Shown: positions 61,683-64,000 of the stretch, piece after piece
Layout: every line of letters begins with the position of its first letter
How positions within the stretch are numbered: the first letter of the stretch is position 1
Source of the DNA: the human T2T-CHM13v2.0 reference genome, Homo sapiens
Length of the DNA stretch: 64,000 nucleotides
Strand: one strand, 5' to 3'
NCBI RefSeq assembly: GCF_009914755.1
Contig: NC_060945.1
Made by a program: the position numbers and the translations under genes
The notes under the pieces: model-generated
Told to the model about the DNA's origin: nothing
The model's input: the letters and a program-made list of their open reading frames with translations, nothing else
The model's database searches: none

Positions 61683-63843
61683 TTTATTTCCTTCCAACAT
61701 TTATTTTAGGTTCAGCGGGTACATGTGCAGGTTTATTATATGGGTAAAATGTGTGTCAATGGGATTTGGTGTACAGATTAGGTAGTCATCCAGGTAGTGA
61801 ACGTAATATCTAATAGGGAGTTTTTTGATCCTCACTCTCCACCAACCCTCCACCCACAGTAGACCTTGTGTCTATTGTTCCCTTCTCTGTGTCCATGTGG
61901 ACTCAATGTTTAGCCCCCACTTATAAGTGAGAACATGCAGTGTTTGTTTGGTTTTCTGTTCCTTCATTAATTCACTTAGAATAATGGTCTCCAGCTCCAT
62001 TCATGTTGCTGCAAAAGACATTATTTCATCCTATTTTATAGGTGTGTAGTATTCCATGGTGTATGTACGCTGCATTTTTTTAATCCAGTCTTCTGTTAAC
62101 AGGCATCTAAGTTGATTCCGTGTCTTTGCTATTGTGAATAGTGTTATAATGAAAATATGCGTGCATATGTCTATGACAGAATGATTTATATTCCTTTGGG
62201 TATATACCCAATAATGGGATTGCTGGGTTGAATGGTAGTTCTGTTTTAAGTTATTTCAGAAATCTCCAAACTGCTTTCCACAATGGCTGAACAAATTTAC
62301 ATTCCTGATGAAACTGGAGACTTCCCTGACTCCCCTTGGCAGGATGTGCAACAGGGGTGTGGCTTGTCTGGCCACCGTGTGTGCTGTCAAACCCCTTACT
62401 GGGCAGGGGAGCATGCAGACAGGCAGGTGCAATAGGCAGGGCAAGTGGCCATGGTACTGTCTAGGGGTGGGTTCCTGCGACTCCCACAGCCCAAGTGGGC
62501 ATGTGTTACAGTGCACTCTTTTAGCTTTGCCATCCACAGACGGCTTAAGTGTTAACCTGTTCAGTGCCCTCTTGGTACCCAGTTCCTTGTCCAGCATCCA
62601 GAAAGAATTAAGTTGCACACAGACTTGAGGATGGTGAATGTGGGGGTTTTATTGAGTGGTGGAGGTGGCACTCAATGGGATGGATGGGGAGCTGGAAAGG
62701 GGATGGAATGGGAAGATGATCTTCCCCCGGAGCTTTGCCATCCAGAGGCTGATCTCTCCAACCACTGCCAGCCAAACTCCTCTAGGCATTCAGATGCTCC
62801 TTCTCTTCTTTCTGCCACATCATTCTGCAATTCTGCTCTTCTGTTCATCTCCTCATCTGCTTGCCATCCAGAGGCTGATCTCTACAACCACTGCCAGCCA
62901 AACTCCTCTTGGCATTCAGATGCTCCTTCTCTTCTTTCTGCCACATCATTCTGCAATTCTGCTCTTCTGTTCATCTCCTCATCTGCTTGTCTGCTTCTGG
63001 AGCCTGGGGTCTGGGGCATATATGGGTACAGGACAGGGGGTGCATGGTGAGCTGAAAGACAACTTTTGGGTGCAAAAGCAGGAATGCCTGTTCCCATTTA
63101 GGGCCATGGGTTTCCAGGCTTGTGGGCAGGGCTTTGCCAGGGAACCACTCTCTTCTACCCAGTATTTCCCTGTCTCCTTTCTATATCACCACCAGCAGTG
63201 TATAAGCATTCCCTTTTTTCCACAAACTCGGCACCGTCTGTTATGTTTTGATTTTTTAATAATAGCCATTCTGGCCGGTGTGATATGGTATCTCATGGTT
63301 CTGATTTTCTGATGATTAGTGATGTTGAGTATTTTTTCATACGGTTGTTTGCCATACATACGTTGTATTTTGAAAAAAGAATTCACAGACGGCTTAAGTG
63401 TTAACCCGTTCAGTGCCCTCTTGGTATCCAAGTCCTTGTCCAGCATTCAGAAAGAAGTTGCACATGGACTTGAGGATGGTGAATGTGGGGGCTCATGTTC
63501 TTTGCCTATTTGTAGTGGGTTTGTTTTTTGCTTATTGATTCTTTATACATGCTAAGTATTAGACCTTTTTCAGATATGTAATTTGAAAATATTTTCTTCT
63601 GTTCTGTAGGGTGTTCTCTGTTGATAGTTTCTTTTGCTGTGCTGAAGCTCTTTAGTTTCATTAGGTCCCACTCATCAATTCTTCTTGTTGCAATTGCTTT
63701 TGGAATCTTCATCATGAAATATTTGCCTGCGTCTATGTCCAGAATGATATTTCCTAAGTTTTCTTCTAGGGTTTATATAGTTTTGGGTCTTACATAAGTC
63801 CTTCATCCATCTTGAGTTGATTTTTTTATATGGTGAAAGGAAG
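61683..63843 (-). mobile_element. L1P (old L1PA/PB) 3' portion, interrupted by an LTR
   Basis: Antisense L1 3'UTR (GTACATGTGCAGGTT...CCCACTTATAAGTGAGAACATGCAG); ORF2 C-terminal peptides [28 protein letters not shown]. Confidence 0.88.
62306..63188 (-). mobile_element. Solo ERV1 LTR (MER50-like) with an internal 126-bp tandem duplication
   Basis: TG...CA termini; minus strand begins TGATATAGAAAGGAGACAGGGAAATACTGGGTAGAAGAG; splits the L1 at ACATTCC|CCACCAGCAGTG. Confidence 0.72.
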
Positions 63844-63844
63844 G

Positions 63845-64000
63845 GAGTGTACATGCCCCTGTGATATTGTTCCTAATATCCAGGTTGGGAGAGGATATTA
63901 TACTCAATATTGCAGGAAGTGTCGACCACCCTGAATATTGCTTTTAATATCCGGGGAGAGAGGGTGATATTACTCCCAATATCATCCTCTCCCCCCACAC
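63845..64000. repeat. Start of an SATR1/SATR2-like satellite
   Basis: GATATTGTTCCTAATATCCAGG..GGAGAGGAT...TACTCCCAATATC, ~2 units. Confidence 0.65.

Overview
Primate (very likely human) heterochromatin-adjacent DNA, most consistent with an acrocentric short arm or pericentromeric segmental duplication. Repeat family names are from memory, not from a search. (1) 1-38147: tandem macrosatellite of five ~7-kb units (7136, 7128, 8875, 7004, 6939 bp) plus a diverged, truncated sixth. Each unit holds an L1 3' end, a MER21-like LTR, microsatellites and a 144/147-bp satellite (ACRO1-like). Each full unit also has the layout of a Pol II gene: GC box, TATA box and Inr at canonical spacing, an AUG-free leader, then a ~1.2-1.3k-codon Ser/Pro/Thr-rich ORF whose repeats are the satellite itself (YSPTTP, resembling the Pol II CTD heptad), and a poly(A) signal. 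Three copies are intact and two are disrupted. (2) 38148-46950: a CAGGTG-rich short-period satellite, a ~194/213-bp gamma-satellite-like array, TAR1 and a degenerate interstitial (TTAGGG)n tract, together a fossil chromosome end. (3) 46950-64000: L1/Alu/LTR-rich DNA with a GC-rich tandem block, two copies of the first coding exon of GTF2I/GTF2IRD2 (pseudogene fragments), and the start of an SATR-like satellite. The main candidate for an undescribed system is a multicopy protein-coding gene family hidden inside the ACRO1 macrosatellite.
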